A stretch of DNA of 64,000 nucleotides from Candidatus Aminicenantes bacterium (GTDB lineage: Bacteria; Acidobacteriota; Aminicenantia; Aminicenantales; JAFGBC01), in NCBI GenBank assembly GCA_963702005.1, contig OY969696.1, positions 3,360,001-3,424,000 of the forward strand, given 5' to 3'. Both the position numbers and the translations under genes were made by a program. Under the pieces are notes generated by a model. The model was not told where the DNA came from. It ran no database searches and saw only the letters and a program-made list of their open reading frames with translations. Positions 33,427 through 44,481 of this stretch are shown here, in pieces (within the stretch, counting starts at the first letter, position 1; each line of letters starts with the position of its first letter).

Positions 33427-35421
33427 ATGAAAAAACATAGCGTCTTGTTGGCCTTGATCATCGTCTTTGCGGCCTTTGCCCTATCGGGTTTTGGACTGGG
33501 CCGGGCCGAATCTCCCGATCGCGCCGCAAGTTGGAAGCCGCTCGGCCCCGAGGGGGGAATTATCGTAACCTTGCAGGCCGCCAAAAACGATCCCAACGAC
33601 ATCATCGCGGCGGTCCTAACTTACTATGACGGGCCCAATTTCTTCTACCAGACTCGCGATGGAGGAGGCTCCTGGCAGAAGATCGGCAAAGTGGACGGCA
33701 ATATCTATGACGCCAAGCGCTCGCCTTCCAATCCTTCACTCCTCTATGCGCTGGGCCGAGACCGGTTCCATAGGTCCACGGACCGCGGGAAGACCTGGAC
33801 GTCCGTGCTTTTTGATAGAAAATTCTACACGTTCGGCGATATCGCCATCGACCCGCGGACGCCGAGCCGAATCTATCTTTCGGGAAGCTACACCTATAAA
33901 TCCTATTACTCGTGCATGGCCGTTGCCAAGTCCGGCGACGGCGGGGCGAACTGGACCTATTATCAGGTCTTTCCGACCTCGAACACGGGCCAAGCTTATC
34001 CGATCGCCCTCGACCCCCTCACGCCGACGACCGTCTATCTGGGCGGGTATAGCTACTCCTCCGGCGCCACCAAAAATTATGTCTGCAAGAGCAGCGACGG
34101 CGGCGCGACCTGGACGGACATCTCCGGATCGTTCTCGGATATGCCCAGAACCATCGTGATCGATCCCGTGAACCCCAAGAATGTCTATGTCGGGTGGGAC
34201 AGGGCCCTCTACAGGACAACGAACGGCGGCAGGACCTGGCTGAAAGCGCCCTCGAAATATTATGCTTACGCGCTGGCCATCGACCCGGCCGACCCGAAAA
34301 CCGTCTACTCCGGCGCCAATGACCAGATCTTCAAGACGACCGACGGCGGCAAGACCTGGAAAACGTATTCAAACGGATTCCTGGGCATAGCCCTCTGCTT
34401 CACATTCCTGCCCAACGGGCTGCTGGCCGGGACGAACTGCGGTATCAACGCCAGCTCGGACGGCGGCGTCACCTGGCGCTCCTCCTATTCGGGAATCGCC
34501 CAGGCTCAGACCTCGGCGGTCGCGGTCGCTCCATCCGCCCCGCAGACTATCTACACGGCCGTCGATGGCGCCGGCCCGTTCCGCAGCGCGGACGGCGGAT
34601 CCAGCTGGGTCATGACTCACGGCATCCGCCGGAGCGCGATGAGCGATATTCTCGAAATCGCCGTCAGCCCGAAAGACCCCAATATCCTTTACGCGGTCTA
34701 TTTTGAAGAGGACTACGAAGGGCCCCGCCTCTATCGCAGCGTGAACGCCGGCAATACCTGGACCAGCATTTTGAAATCCCCCGTCTCTCATGTCCAAGCC
34801 CATAGCAAGAGTCCCGGCTATGTCTATACGGTCGGCACGACCAAGTCCAGCGGCAAGACCGTGATCGCCCTCTACGCCTCTCTGGACGGCGGCGACCATT
34901 GGATCATAAGCCCCGTCCCGAACAGCTGGGGGAGTTACCCCTATTCCTTTGCCTGTCATCCGACCGATCCCAAAACGGTCTACATCGCGGGCGTCCGCAC
35001 GGACAACTACCGAAGCTTCATTGCCAAGACGACCGACCTGGGGGCCACCTGGACCCTGATGAGCTACAGCAGCCATTCCTACGACTATCCCGATACGATC
35101 GCCGTGGATCCCAACAATCCGAAACGGATTCTGGTCGGAACCTGGCGCGGAATCTACCGGAGCGAGGACGACGGAAAGACTTGGTCCCTGAAGGGTGTCA
35201 GCAAGAATGCCAGGACCATTCTGTTCGACCCCGCGACGCCGGGCGCCGTTTACCTCGGATGGTCGAACGGCGTCATGCGCAGTCTCGACGGCGGGAGGAA
35301 CTGGCAGACGTTCAATCAAGGCCTGATGGTCCTCTATGTCAACGGCCTGGCGCTGGATTCGGCCGGGAAAATCCTCTATGCGGCGACCATGGGAGGCGGC
35401 ATCTGCAAGAGGAACCTCTAA
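33427..35421 (+). CDS. Secreted BNR/Vps10-like double beta-propeller protein, paralog A
   Basis: WKPLGPEGG, many SxDGGxTW Asp-boxes, ends LYAATMGGG. Confidence 0.85.
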   Translation: MKKHSVLLALIIVFAAFALSGFGLGRAESPDRAASWKPLGPEGGIIVTLQAAKNDPNDIIAAVLTYYDGPNFFYQTRDGGGSWQKIGKVDGNIYDAKRSPSNPSLLYALGRDRFHRSTDRGKTWTSVLFDRKFYTFGDIAIDPRTPSRIYLSGSYTYKSYYSCMAVAKSGDGGANWTYYQVFPTSNTGQAYPIALDPLTPTTVYLGGYSYSSGATKNYVCKSSDGGATWTDISGSFSDMPRTIVIDPVNPKNVYVGWDRALYRTTNGGRTWLKAPSKYYAYALAIDPADPKTVYSGANDQIFKTTDGGKTWKTYSNGFLGIALCFTFLPNGLLAGTNCGINASSDGGVTWRSSYSGIAQAQTSAVAVAPSAPQTIYTAVDGAGPFRSADGGSSWVMTHGIRRSAMSDILEIAVSPKDPNILYAVYFEEDYEGPRLYRSVNAGNTWTSILKSPVSHVQAHSKSPGYVYTVGTTKSSGKTVIALYASLDGGDHWIISPVPNSWGSYPYSFACHPTDPKTVYIAGVRTDNYRSFIAKTTDLGATWTLMSYSSHSYDYPDTIAVDPNNPKRILVGTWRGIYRSEDDGKTWSLKGVSKNARTILFDPATPGAVYLGWSNGVMRSLDGGRNWQTFNQGLMVLYVNGLALDSAGKILYAATMGGGICKRNL

Positions 35422-35503
35422 GCGCTGCGGGGACCGAACTGAAACCGCCTTCGCTTTTTTGACACTCGTCCTCGACTTTAATTAAGATAGTCCTTAGAGG
35501 TGG

Positions 35504-37498
35504 ATGTCCATGAAAAAAACGGTCGTCTTTTCGGCCCTGGTCCTCGCCGGAACGTTGGCCCTGTTCGGGCTCCAGCCGGTCCGGCAGAAATCCCCCGACG
35601 GCGCCGCGGGCTGGAAGCCGATCGGGCCCCAGGGTGGGGACGTCGCCGCCCTGGCGGCTTCTCATCAGAATCCCAAGGATATTCTGGCGGCGGTGGAAAC
35701 GGGTTGGTACGGCCCCTCTTTCGTTTTCAGGTCTCTCGACGCGGGGGCGTCCTGGTCCAAGATCGCCAAGCTGGACAAGCTGCTGTTCGACCTGAAGCGG
35801 GCGCCCTCCGACCCATCCCTCGTTTATGGAATCTCCAGGGACCGGTTCTACAGATCCGCGGATAACGGAAAGACCTGGACGACGGCCGTCTTCGAGCGAA
35901 GATTCTACACGTACGGGGAGATCGCCGTCGATCCCCGCGCGCCCAACCGGATTTATATTTCCGGCTCCTATAATTACAAATCCTACAAAACGTGCATGGC
36001 CGTCGCCAAATCCAACGACGGCGGGACGACCTGGACGATCCAGCAGGTCTTCCCGACCTCCGACACGGCCCAGGCCTACGGGATCGCCCTCGACCCCCTC
36101 AAGCCGACGACCATCTATCTGGGCGGATACGCCCAGATCTCCGGCGATACCAAGAGTTATTTCTGCAAAAGCACGGACGGCGGCGCCGGCTGGACTGATC
36201 TCTCCGGCTCGATCACGGACATGCCGATCGCGATCGCCGTCGATCCGCTCCATCCGAAGACGATCTATGTCGGCGCCGAGCTCGGCCTGTTCAAGACGAC
36301 CGACGGCGGCCAATCCTGGACGAAGTACCCGTCGAAGTACTACGCCTACTGTCTGACCATCGATCCGGACAATCCGAAGATCGTCTATGCCGGCGCCGGG
36401 GCCCGGATCTTTAAAACGACCGACGGCGGCGCCTCCTGGAAAACCCTCTCGACGGGTCTCAGCGGCAGCGTCTTGAGCATCGTCCTCCCGCCCTCCGGCC
36501 CGCTGGCCGCGACGAGCTGCGGGATCTCCGCCAGCGCCGACGGCGGACAAACGTGGCGCGCCTCTCAGACCGGAATTGAGCAGGCCCAGACCTCGACCGT
36601 CGCGGTCGCGCCGTCCGCCCCGCAGACGATCTACACCGCTCTCGATGGCGGCGGGCCGTTCCGGAGCCGGGACGGGGGCGCCAGCTGGGTCCCGGGCCGC
36701 GGGCTGGGCGAGGGCATTTACAATTACATCGAGAGCCTCGCCGTCCGTCCCGACGCGCCCGACGTCCTCTACGCGGTCTATGCGGGGGAAACGGCCGGCA
36801 GTGGCCTCTACCGCAGCTTGAACGGCGGGGACTCCTGGGCCAAGGTCACGAATATCGGAATCCGCAAGATCGCGGTTCAAAAACGGTTCCCCGAAAACGT
36901 GATCGCCATCGCTTCGGTCAAGGTCGACGGCAAGTGGGTCATGGCCCTCTGCGTCTCCCAAGACGGCGGCGACCATTGGACGACGCATCCGGTCCCGGAC
37001 GATTGGGCCAGTTCACCTTATTCCCTGGCCTGTCATCCGACCAACCCCGATATCATCTATCTGGGAGGCGCCCGCGGGGATAACGGCCGCGGAATCATCT
37101 TCCGGACGACCGACGGGGGAGAAACCTGGACTTTGATCAGCTACACCGGCCATTACAGCGATTATCCCTACGCGATGGCCGTCGACCCCAACGCGCCGAG
37201 CCGGATCATCGTCGGAACCCAGCGCGGCATCTACCGGAGCGAGAACGGCGGCCAGACCTGGTCCCTGCGCGGGATCGGCAAGGCCGCCTCGAGCGTCGTC
37301 TTCGACCCCAAGCTGCCGGGAGCGGTTTATCTGGGCTGGTCGAACGGCGTCCTGCGCAGCCTGGATGGCGGGCGGAACTGGAAGCCCTTCAACCAGGGCC
37401 TGGAGGCCCTCTACATCACCGGCTTGGCAGTGGACTCTGACGGCCGGATCCTCTATGCCGCGACCGCGGGAGGCGGAGTCTGCGCGCGGAAACTCTAG
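35504..37498 (+). CDS. Secreted BNR/Vps10-like double beta-propeller protein, paralog B
   Basis: Collinear with paralog A (RIYxSGSYxYKSYxxCMAVAKS, GAVYLGWSNGVxRSLDGGRNW). Confidence 0.85.
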   Translation: MSMKKTVVFSALVLAGTLALFGLQPVRQKSPDGAAGWKPIGPQGGDVAALAASHQNPKDILAAVETGWYGPSFVFRSLDAGASWSKIAKLDKLLFDLKRAPSDPSLVYGISRDRFYRSADNGKTWTTAVFERRFYTYGEIAVDPRAPNRIYISGSYNYKSYKTCMAVAKSNDGGTTWTIQQVFPTSDTAQAYGIALDPLKPTTIYLGGYAQISGDTKSYFCKSTDGGAGWTDLSGSITDMPIAIAVDPLHPKTIYVGAELGLFKTTDGGQSWTKYPSKYYAYCLTIDPDNPKIVYAGAGARIFKTTDGGASWKTLSTGLSGSVLSIVLPPSGPLAATSCGISASADGGQTWRASQTGIEQAQTSTVAVAPSAPQTIYTALDGGGPFRSRDGGASWVPGRGLGEGIYNYIESLAVRPDAPDVLYAVYAGETAGSGLYRSLNGGDSWAKVTNIGIRKIAVQKRFPENVIAIASVKVDGKWVMALCVSQDGGDHWTTHPVPDDWASSPYSLACHPTNPDIIYLGGARGDNGRGIIFRTTDGGETWTLISYTGHYSDYPYAMAVDPNAPSRIIVGTQRGIYRSENGGQTWSLRGIGKAASSVVFDPKLPGAVYLGWSNGVLRSLDGGRNWKPFNQGLEALYITGLAVDSDGRILYAATAGGGVCARKL

Positions 37499-37609
37499 CC
37501 CGGCCGGGGAAGGGTCCCTCGGATTGACAATCTTCGCCAGGGGATGATATCGTTATCAGGAGAGGGGTATTTTCCGTCGATCGGATAGACATCACCAGGG
37601 AGGTGGCTC

Positions 37610-38401
37610 ATGAACGCGACGGTCCAAAAAATCCTGGGCGTCCGGGCGCCGGAACTCCTGGCCATCGGCGTCTTTGAGGACTTGGGCGCGGACGACAAGA
37701 ACCGGAAATCGCTCGAGGCCAAGATCGGTGAGCTCACCGGCCGGGCCCAGAATCTGTCTTCGAGCGAGATCCTCTGGTCTCAGCTCCTGCCCTTGATAGC
37801 GAGGGCGCGGTCGGCCGCCGATCAAAAGAACTGGAGCGGGGCTTGGCAAGCCGTCACGGAAGCCTCGGTGCGCCTGAACCGGGCGATCGAGAGCGAGAAC
37901 CTCCGCCCCCTCCGGCTGAGGCTTCTCGTCGTCCCGGTCGTCTGGTGCCTCGTCCTTTACCTCGTCCAGGTCCTGCTCGGCTTCGTCCAGGCTCGCTACG
38001 GCATCCTCGGCTTCTTCAATCTGGGCTTTTTCCGCTATGTCTGGTTCGGCCTGTTGGGCGGGACGACGATCTTCCTGTGGGGCATCGTCAAGCATTCGAG
38101 CGAGATGAACTTCGACGGATCGTTCCTGATCTGGTACCTCCTCAAGCCCCTGCTCGGAGCCATCATGGGATCCGTCATCGTCCTGTTCGCGCTCGCGGGA
38201 TTCCTGGCCCTCAAGGGCGACGCGGCCGCCGCCGGCCGGACTCCCCTCTTGATTCTGGCCTTCATCGGAGGGTTCAGCGAACGCTTTTTCCTGAGGCTCG
38301 TCGACCGGGTCATCTCCTCGATCTTCGAAGGCGAGGGCAGCGCGGCGTCTCAGCTCGAGATCGGAGGCGGCAGCCCGACCGCTCCGGCCGGGGGTAAATA
38401 G
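37610..38401 (+). CDS. Hypothetical four-TM membrane protein with N-terminal helical domain
   Basis: GGGAGG RBS; hydrophobic segments; KPLLGAIMG and AFIGGFSERF motifs. Confidence 0.7.
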   Translation: MNATVQKILGVRAPELLAIGVFEDLGADDKNRKSLEAKIGELTGRAQNLSSSEILWSQLLPLIARARSAADQKNWSGAWQAVTEASVRLNRAIESENLRPLRLRLLVVPVVWCLVLYLVQVLLGFVQARYGILGFFNLGFFRYVWFGLLGGTTIFLWGIVKHSSEMNFDGSFLIWYLLKPLLGAIMGSVIVLFALAGFLALKGDAAAAGRTPLLILAFIGGFSERFFLRLVDRVISSIFEGEGSAASQLEIGGGSPTAPAGGK

Positions 38402-38540
38402 GACGCCAAGCGGACGACACGGCGAATCCGGGCCCAACCGGCCGTTTTCCTTGAGCGCCCGCTTGCCAAAGCCGGGCGGGACGCTTATCATACCTTTTTC
38501 TTGACAAGTTCAAGAACAGCCCCGACAAGGATGGCGCGCG

Positions 38541-39731
38541 ATGAAATACGATTTCGACCGAATTCTCGACCGGCGGAACACCGGCTCCCTCAAGTGGGAT
38601 TACGCCGAGCGTGTCTTGGGAGTCAAGGACGCCATCCCGATGTGGGTTGCAGACATGGATTTCCCCGCCCCCCAGCTCATTATCGATGCCGTCAAGGCCC
38701 GGGCCGAGCACGGCGCCTACGGCTACCCGCTGACACCGCCATCCTATTGGACGGCCATCCAATCCTGGATGAAGACGCGGCACAACTGGGACGTTCGGAA
38801 GGAATGGCTCTCGAAATCGCCCGGCGTCGTCCCGGCCCTAAGCCTGTGCGTTACGGCCTTCAGCCACCCCGGCGACAAGGTCGTCGTCCAAACGCCGGTC
38901 TATTATCCTTTCTACTCGGCCATCAAGCACAACGGCCGGCGCATCGTCCGCAACCCGCTCAAGATCGAGAACGGCCGCTTCGTCATGGACTTCGAGGACC
39001 TGGAGCGGAAGATCGATTCCCGGACCCGCCTCCTCATCCTGTGCAGCCCTCACAACCCGGTCGGCCGGGTCTGGCGTCCCGAGGAGCTCGTCCGCCTGGC
39101 CGAGATCTGCGTCCAGAAGGACCTCCTGATCGTTTCGGACGAGATCCACGCCGACCTCGTCTTCAGCGGCGCCAAGCACATTCCGCTGGCGACCCTGGCC
39201 GAGGAAATCGCGAAGAGGACGGTGACTCTGACGGCGCCCTCCAAGACGTTCAATACCGCCGGGCTGGCGACGGCGGTCGTTATCGCCTCCAATCCTAGGC
39301 TTCTGAACCTGTTCAACATCGAAGCGTCCAACGCCGGCCTCGCCTTGGGCAACATTTTCGGAATCATCGCCCTGGAAGCGGCCTATACGTACGGGGCCGA
39401 ATGGCTCGACCAGCTCCTCCCCTACCTCGAGGAAAACGTCGCCACCGTCCAGTCCTTCCTCGAGGCGCGGATTTCCAAAATCAAGCTCATCCGGCCCGAG
39501 GGCACCTTTCTGTCCCTCCTCGACTGCCGGGGACTCGGCCTGGACCCGAAAGCCCTGAACGACTTTTTCCTGCGCAAGGCCGGCGTCTATTTCGACGAGG
39601 GAACCCTGTTCGGCGACGAGCTGGCCGGGTTCGTGCGGATGAACTTCGGCGCGCCCCGCTCGGTCCTGATTCAAGCCCTGGAGCGGATCGAGCAGGCTGT
39701 CAACGGCCTAAGCCAACGGCCCCAACCTTGA
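38541..39731 (+). CDS. PLP-dependent C-S lyase (PatB/MalY family)
   Basis: PMWVADMDF, LCSPHNPVGRVW, SDEIHAD, APSKTFN. Confidence 0.92.
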   Translation: MKYDFDRILDRRNTGSLKWDYAERVLGVKDAIPMWVADMDFPAPQLIIDAVKARAEHGAYGYPLTPPSYWTAIQSWMKTRHNWDVRKEWLSKSPGVVPALSLCVTAFSHPGDKVVVQTPVYYPFYSAIKHNGRRIVRNPLKIENGRFVMDFEDLERKIDSRTRLLILCSPHNPVGRVWRPEELVRLAEICVQKDLLIVSDEIHADLVFSGAKHIPLATLAEEIAKRTVTLTAPSKTFNTAGLATAVVIASNPRLLNLFNIEASNAGLALGNIFGIIALEAAYTYGAEWLDQLLPYLEENVATVQSFLEARISKIKLIRPEGTFLSLLDCRGLGLDPKALNDFFLRKAGVYFDEGTLFGDELAGFVRMNFGAPRSVLIQALERIEQAVNGLSQRPQP

Positions 39732-39798
39732 CTTGAACCTTGATTTGACGCAAGATTTGATTTGTCTCTTCACAGGGTACCAAAAGGAGGTAAATCGT

Positions 39799-41303
39799 AT
39801 GCCCTCAAAAAAGCTTTTATTCCGCGCGGTCCTGATCACGGCTTTCCTCGTCGCCCTGAGCCTCGCCGCCGGGGCCCAGTCGTTCGACGCGGTCAAGGCC
39901 CTGATCAAGACCCACACCCTGGGGAACGGCATGAAGTTCATCGTCTTCGAACGTCATGACGCTCCCGTCGTCTCCTTCCACGTCTACGCCGACGTCGGGT
40001 CCGCCAACGAATCCTACGGGATCACGGGCATCTCCCACATCCTCGAGCACATGGCCTTCAAGGGGACGACGACCGTCGGCACCAAGGACTACGCCGCCGA
40101 GTCCAAGGTTTTAGCCGAGGTCGACGCCGTCTACGACGAGCTCGCCCGGGAAAAAGCCCGGCCCGCCCCCGACGCCAAGAAGGTCGAGGAGCTCCAGGCC
40201 AAGTTCACCGACCTCGAGGCCAAGGCCAAGGAGTACGTCGTCAACAACGAGTACTTCGACATGATGATGCGCGAGGGCGACCAGGGCGTCAACGCCTACA
40301 CCTCGAACGACGCGACCCAGTACATCAACAGCCTGCCCTCGAACAGGGTCGAGTTCTGGATGGCCATGACCTCGGACCGCTTCCTGAACCCCGTCTTCCG
40401 GGAGTTCTTCAAGGAACGCGACGTCGTCATGGAGGAGCGCCGGCTCGGCCTGGAAACCCGTCCGATGGGAAAGCTCATGGAGGACTTCGATGGCGATCGC
40501 CTTCAAAGCCCACCCCTACCACCACGAGGTCGTCGGCCACATGTCCGATCTCCAGGCACTGACCCGCCGGGACACCAAGGCCTATTTCCGGAAGTTCTAC
40601 GGGCCCAGCAACCTGACCGTCGGGATCGTCGGCGACGTCAAGCCCGAGGAGGTCTTCAAGCTCGCCGATCTCTACTTCAGCCGCATCCCGAGCGAGCCCA
40701 AGCCCGAGGGCGTCCGGACCAAGGAGCCCGAGCAGTGGGGCGAACGCCGGGTCGCCGTCCAGGCCAAGTCCCAGCCCTATCTCCTGGTCGGCTACCACAT
40801 CCCTGATTCCAAGCAGCCGGACGCTCGGGCCATCGAGGCCCTGGCCAATATCCTCGGCCGGGGCCGGTCCTCGCGGCTCTACACCTCGCTGGTCAAGACC
40901 AAGAAGATCGCGATCGCCGCCCAGTCCTTCAGCGGATTCCCCGGCGATAAATTCCCCAACCTGATCGCCGTCATGGTCGTCCCGGCCGCCGGCAAGACGA
41001 CGGCCGAATGCCTGGCCGCCCTGGACGAGGAGATCGAGAAGATCAAGACGGCCTCGGTCAGCGAGGAAGAGCTGACCAAGTTCAAGCGGGCGACCATCAA
41101 AGACCTCTACGACCAGATGAAGGACAACGCGAACCTGGCCGCCATGCTGACCTACGCCGACGTCGTCCTGGGCGGCTTCGACAAGGCCTTCGAGCAGCTC
41201 GAAGCCGTCAAGGCCCTCAAGCGTCGACGACGTCAAGCGCGTCGCCGCGACCTATCTCATCGTCAAGAACAGGACGATCGGCGAGATCGTCCCTGAAAAA
41301 TAA
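39799..41303 (+). CDS. M16B peptidase, catalytic subunit, with two apparent +1 frameshifts (about 40489 and about 41220)
   Basis: AAGGAGG RBS, signal peptide, HILEHMAFKG, NAYTSND, ERDVVMEERR; continues SSRLY and ends VDDVKRVAATYL...PEK* after correction. Confidence 0.8.
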
Positions 41304-41323
41304 GGCGCGCCGAGAGGAACATC

Positions 41324-42760
41324 ATGAAACAGACACGGATCGCAACCAAGCTTATCGCGGGCCTCGCCCTGCTGACCCTCATCGTCGGCGCCGGTATCGC
41401 CCAGAAAGCTCCCAAGGACATATTCGCCTTCGGACCGCTCAACCCGATCAAGATGCCCAAGGTCGAGAAGGCCACGCTTCCCAACGGGCTGCGGCTGTTC
41501 CTGGTCGAGGACCCCGAGTACCCGACCATCGATATTTGGGCCATGGTCCGAGCCGGGTCGGTCTTCGAGCCGGCCGACAAGATCGGGCTGGCGGCCATCA
41601 CCGGACAGGTCCTGCGCACCGGCGGAACCGCGACCAGGACCGGCGACGAGATCGACAAGGAGCTCGAGACCCTGGCCGCCCGGGTCGAAACCAGCATCGG
41701 CCAGACCCAGGGCTCGCTGAGCGTCTCCTGCCTCAAGGAGGACATCGACAAGGCCTTGGCCATCCTGGCCGACATCCTGATGAACCCCGCCTTCCGCCAG
41801 GACAAGATCGACCTGGCCAAACTCCAGCAGAGGACGATGATCGCCCGCCGCAACGACGACATCGGCCAGATCACCCGCCGCGAGTTCAACAAGCTCATCT
41901 ACGGTAAGGAAAGCCCCTACGCCCGCCAGACCGAGTACGCCACGCTCGACGCCATCAGCCGCGACGACATCGTCGCCTTCTCCAAGGCCTATGTCCATCC
42001 CAACAACACCTGGATGGCCGTCTGGGGCGACTTCAAGGCCAAGGACATGCTGGCCAAGATCAAGGCCGCCCTGGGCAAGTGGCCCAAGGGGAAGGCTTCG
42101 ACCGCGCCCTGGCCGGCGGTCGCCTATCAGGATAAATATACCGTCAACTTCATCGACAAGCCCGACGTCAATCAGTCCAACGTCATGCTCGGGCACATCG
42201 GGGGCCTGATGAACAACCCCGATTATCCGGCCCTGAGCATCATGAACTTCATCCTGTCCTTCGAGCGGATGTTCAAGAAGCTCCGGACCGACGAGGGCCT
42301 GGCCTACAGCGTCTGGGGCGCTTACGGCGCCGGCTATGTCTACCCGGGCGTCTTCAACTGCGGCATCCAGACCAAGAGCCAATCGACCGTCTACGCCATC
42401 GACCTCATGATCAAGGAGCTCAAGCGGATCGCCGAGCAGGAAGTGACGGACGAGGAGCTGGCCAAGGCCAAGGACGGCTACCTCAACGGCTACGTCTTCG
42501 AGTTCGACAGCCGCTCCCAGATCGTCAACCGGATGATGATGTACGCCTACTTCGGATTCCCGCTCGATTTCAGCGAGAAGGTCAAGCTGGGTGTCGAGAA
42601 GGTGACCAAGGCCGACGTCCTGCGCGTGGCCAAGAAATACCTCCGTCCCGACAAGGTCCAGATTTTGGTCGTCGGGAAGAAGGAGGATTTCGACAAGCCG
42701 CTCTCGACGCTGGGCGAGGTCAACGTCGTCGACATCGCCATCCCGCCGGCCAAGAAATAG
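41324..42760 (+). CDS. M16B peptidase partner subunit (no HXXEH)
   Basis: LPNGLRLFL, KLRTDEGLAY (R/Y pair), VTKADVLRVAKKYL. Confidence 0.88.
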   Translation: MKQTRIATKLIAGLALLTLIVGAGIAQKAPKDIFAFGPLNPIKMPKVEKATLPNGLRLFLVEDPEYPTIDIWAMVRAGSVFEPADKIGLAAITGQVLRTGGTATRTGDEIDKELETLAARVETSIGQTQGSLSVSCLKEDIDKALAILADILMNPAFRQDKIDLAKLQQRTMIARRNDDIGQITRREFNKLIYGKESPYARQTEYATLDAISRDDIVAFSKAYVHPNNTWMAVWGDFKAKDMLAKIKAALGKWPKGKASTAPWPAVAYQDKYTVNFIDKPDVNQSNVMLGHIGGLMNNPDYPALSIMNFILSFERMFKKLRTDEGLAYSVWGAYGAGYVYPGVFNCGIQTKSQSTVYAIDLMIKELKRIAEQEVTDEELAKAKDGYLNGYVFEFDSRSQIVNRMMMYAYFGFPLDFSEKVKLGVEKVTKADVLRVAKKYLRPDKVQILVVGKKEDFDKPLSTLGEVNVVDIAIPPAKK

Positions 42761-42773
42761 CGAATCTGCGAAT

Positions 42774-44480
42774 ATGCCTATGCATCGGGCGGCGCTCATT
42801 ATTCCGATGGCGGTGCTGCTAGGAGGTATCGCGGTTCCACGATCCGCTCACTTGAATCTCCCGCCTCCGGCCCAGTCCGTCTTCATCCGCGTCAACCAGG
42901 TCGGCTATCTTCCCGGGGACCCGAAAGTCGCCCTCGCCCTGACGAACACTAACTTGGCCGGCCGGACATTTCGGGTGGTCCGGAAAAAGGACGGAAAAAC
43001 CGTTTTCAATGGGTCGGTCGGCCGTGATCGCGGCGCCTACGGGGCTTTCGCCCACCTCTATGAGCTCGACTTCAGCGGCCTCGTCCAGAAAAACAGATAC
43101 CGCCTGGACTTGGCCGGAGCGCAATCCCCGTTTTTCGAAATCGGCACGGCCGCCTATAACCGGCTCCTCGCCTTATCCCTGAAATTCTTCCAGGTCCAAC
43201 GCTGCGGCGACACCGGCCCGAGCCGCCACGGGCCCTGCCATCTCAAGGACGGAAGGGCCGTCGACGGACCGGCGGCCGGCGCGCTTCTCGACGCCGCGGG
43301 GGGCTGGCATGACGCGGGCGACTACCTGAAATTCCTGATCAACACGGGTTTCTCGACCGTCGTCCTGCTCTCCGCCTACGAACAGAACCCCTCGGCCTTC
43401 GCCGACGGCGACAAGAACGGCACCCCGGACATCCTCGACGAGGCGCGGATCGGCGTCGACTGGATCCGCAAGCTCTGGGATCCCCAAAGGAAGATCCTGT
43501 ACTATCAGGTCGGCGACGAGAGCGATCACGACCGCTGGCGGATGCCCGAGGCGGACGCGAACCTGCCGCCGCGGAAGGTCTGGGCCTGTCAGGACGGCCG
43601 GGGGGCGAATGTCGCGGGGAAGGCCGCCGCCATCCTGGCCCTGGCGGCCTATATCTGGGACCAGCCCGCCGCGTCCTTCCGTGACCCGGTGCTGGCCGAG
43701 GCATATCTCACGGCCGCGAAAAACATTTACGCCTTCGGAAAAACCCGGCCGGCCGCCCAATCCAGCACTTCTGGTTTTTATGTCGAAGAGACCTGGAAAG
43801 ACGACCTGGCGCTTGCCGCCGCGGAGCTCTACCGGGCGACCAAGACCAAACAGTATCTGAGCGAAGCCCGCGCCTACGCCGCATCGACGGGAAGCGTGAG
43901 CCTCCTCTACTACTCCGATCTCTACCCTCTTGCTCGCTACGAGATCGCGCGCCTCGATCCGACCTATCTCGCCGAGGCGGTGTCCCTCCTCGCGGCCGAC
44001 CTCAAGGACGCCAAGAGATGGGCCGACGCCGGGCGCTTCAGGGCCGGCCTCGAGTTTTTTTACTGGGGATCGGCGACCGACATGTCGAGCATCGCCCTCG
44101 AAGCCTTCTGGCACGAAAAGCTTTCCAACAGCAAGACTTACAGAAAGATGGCCGTGTATCAACGCGACTTCGTCCTGGGCGTCAACCCCTGGGGAGTCTG
44201 TTTCGTGAACGGCGCGGGGACGACCTGGCCGCGGGCGCCCCACCATCAGGTCGCCGACCTGACCCATTCCCAGCTTACCGGATTCTGGGACGAAGGCCCT
44301 ATCCGCAAAGCCGACTGGGACCCGCTCGGGATCGTCATCACCGGGACCGACCCCTACGCCGCGTTTCAGGCGTCCGACGCGCTCTACCACGACAACGTCG
44401 AGGATTACGGGACGAATGAGCCGACCATCAACGCCAATGCGGTCGGGATGGCCTTGCTCGCCGCGATGCTCGATCACTGA
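42774..44480 (+). CDS. Glycoside hydrolase family 9 with N-terminal Ig-like domain
   Basis: IRVNQVGY, GGWHDAGDYLKF, PHH, NEPTINANA. Confidence 0.9.
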   Translation: MPMHRAALIIPMAVLLGGIAVPRSAHLNLPPPAQSVFIRVNQVGYLPGDPKVALALTNTNLAGRTFRVVRKKDGKTVFNGSVGRDRGAYGAFAHLYELDFSGLVQKNRYRLDLAGAQSPFFEIGTAAYNRLLALSLKFFQVQRCGDTGPSRHGPCHLKDGRAVDGPAAGALLDAAGGWHDAGDYLKFLINTGFSTVVLLSAYEQNPSAFADGDKNGTPDILDEARIGVDWIRKLWDPQRKILYYQVGDESDHDRWRMPEADANLPPRKVWACQDGRGANVAGKAAAILALAAYIWDQPAASFRDPVLAEAYLTAAKNIYAFGKTRPAAQSSTSGFYVEETWKDDLALAAAELYRATKTKQYLSEARAYAASTGSVSLLYYSDLYPLARYEIARLDPTYLAEAVSLLAADLKDAKRWADAGRFRAGLEFFYWGSATDMSSIALEAFWHEKLSNSKTYRKMAVYQRDFVLGVNPWGVCFVNGAGTTWPRAPHHQVADLTHSQLTGFWDEGPIRKADWDPLGIVITGTDPYAAFQASDALYHDNVEDYGTNEPTINANAVGMALLAAMLDH

Positions 44481-44481
44481 A

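Noticed and set aside
40480-41230. Programmed frameshifting in the M16 gene
   Set aside because: Two non-compensating +1 events with no slippery site; the same pattern occurs in unrelated genes
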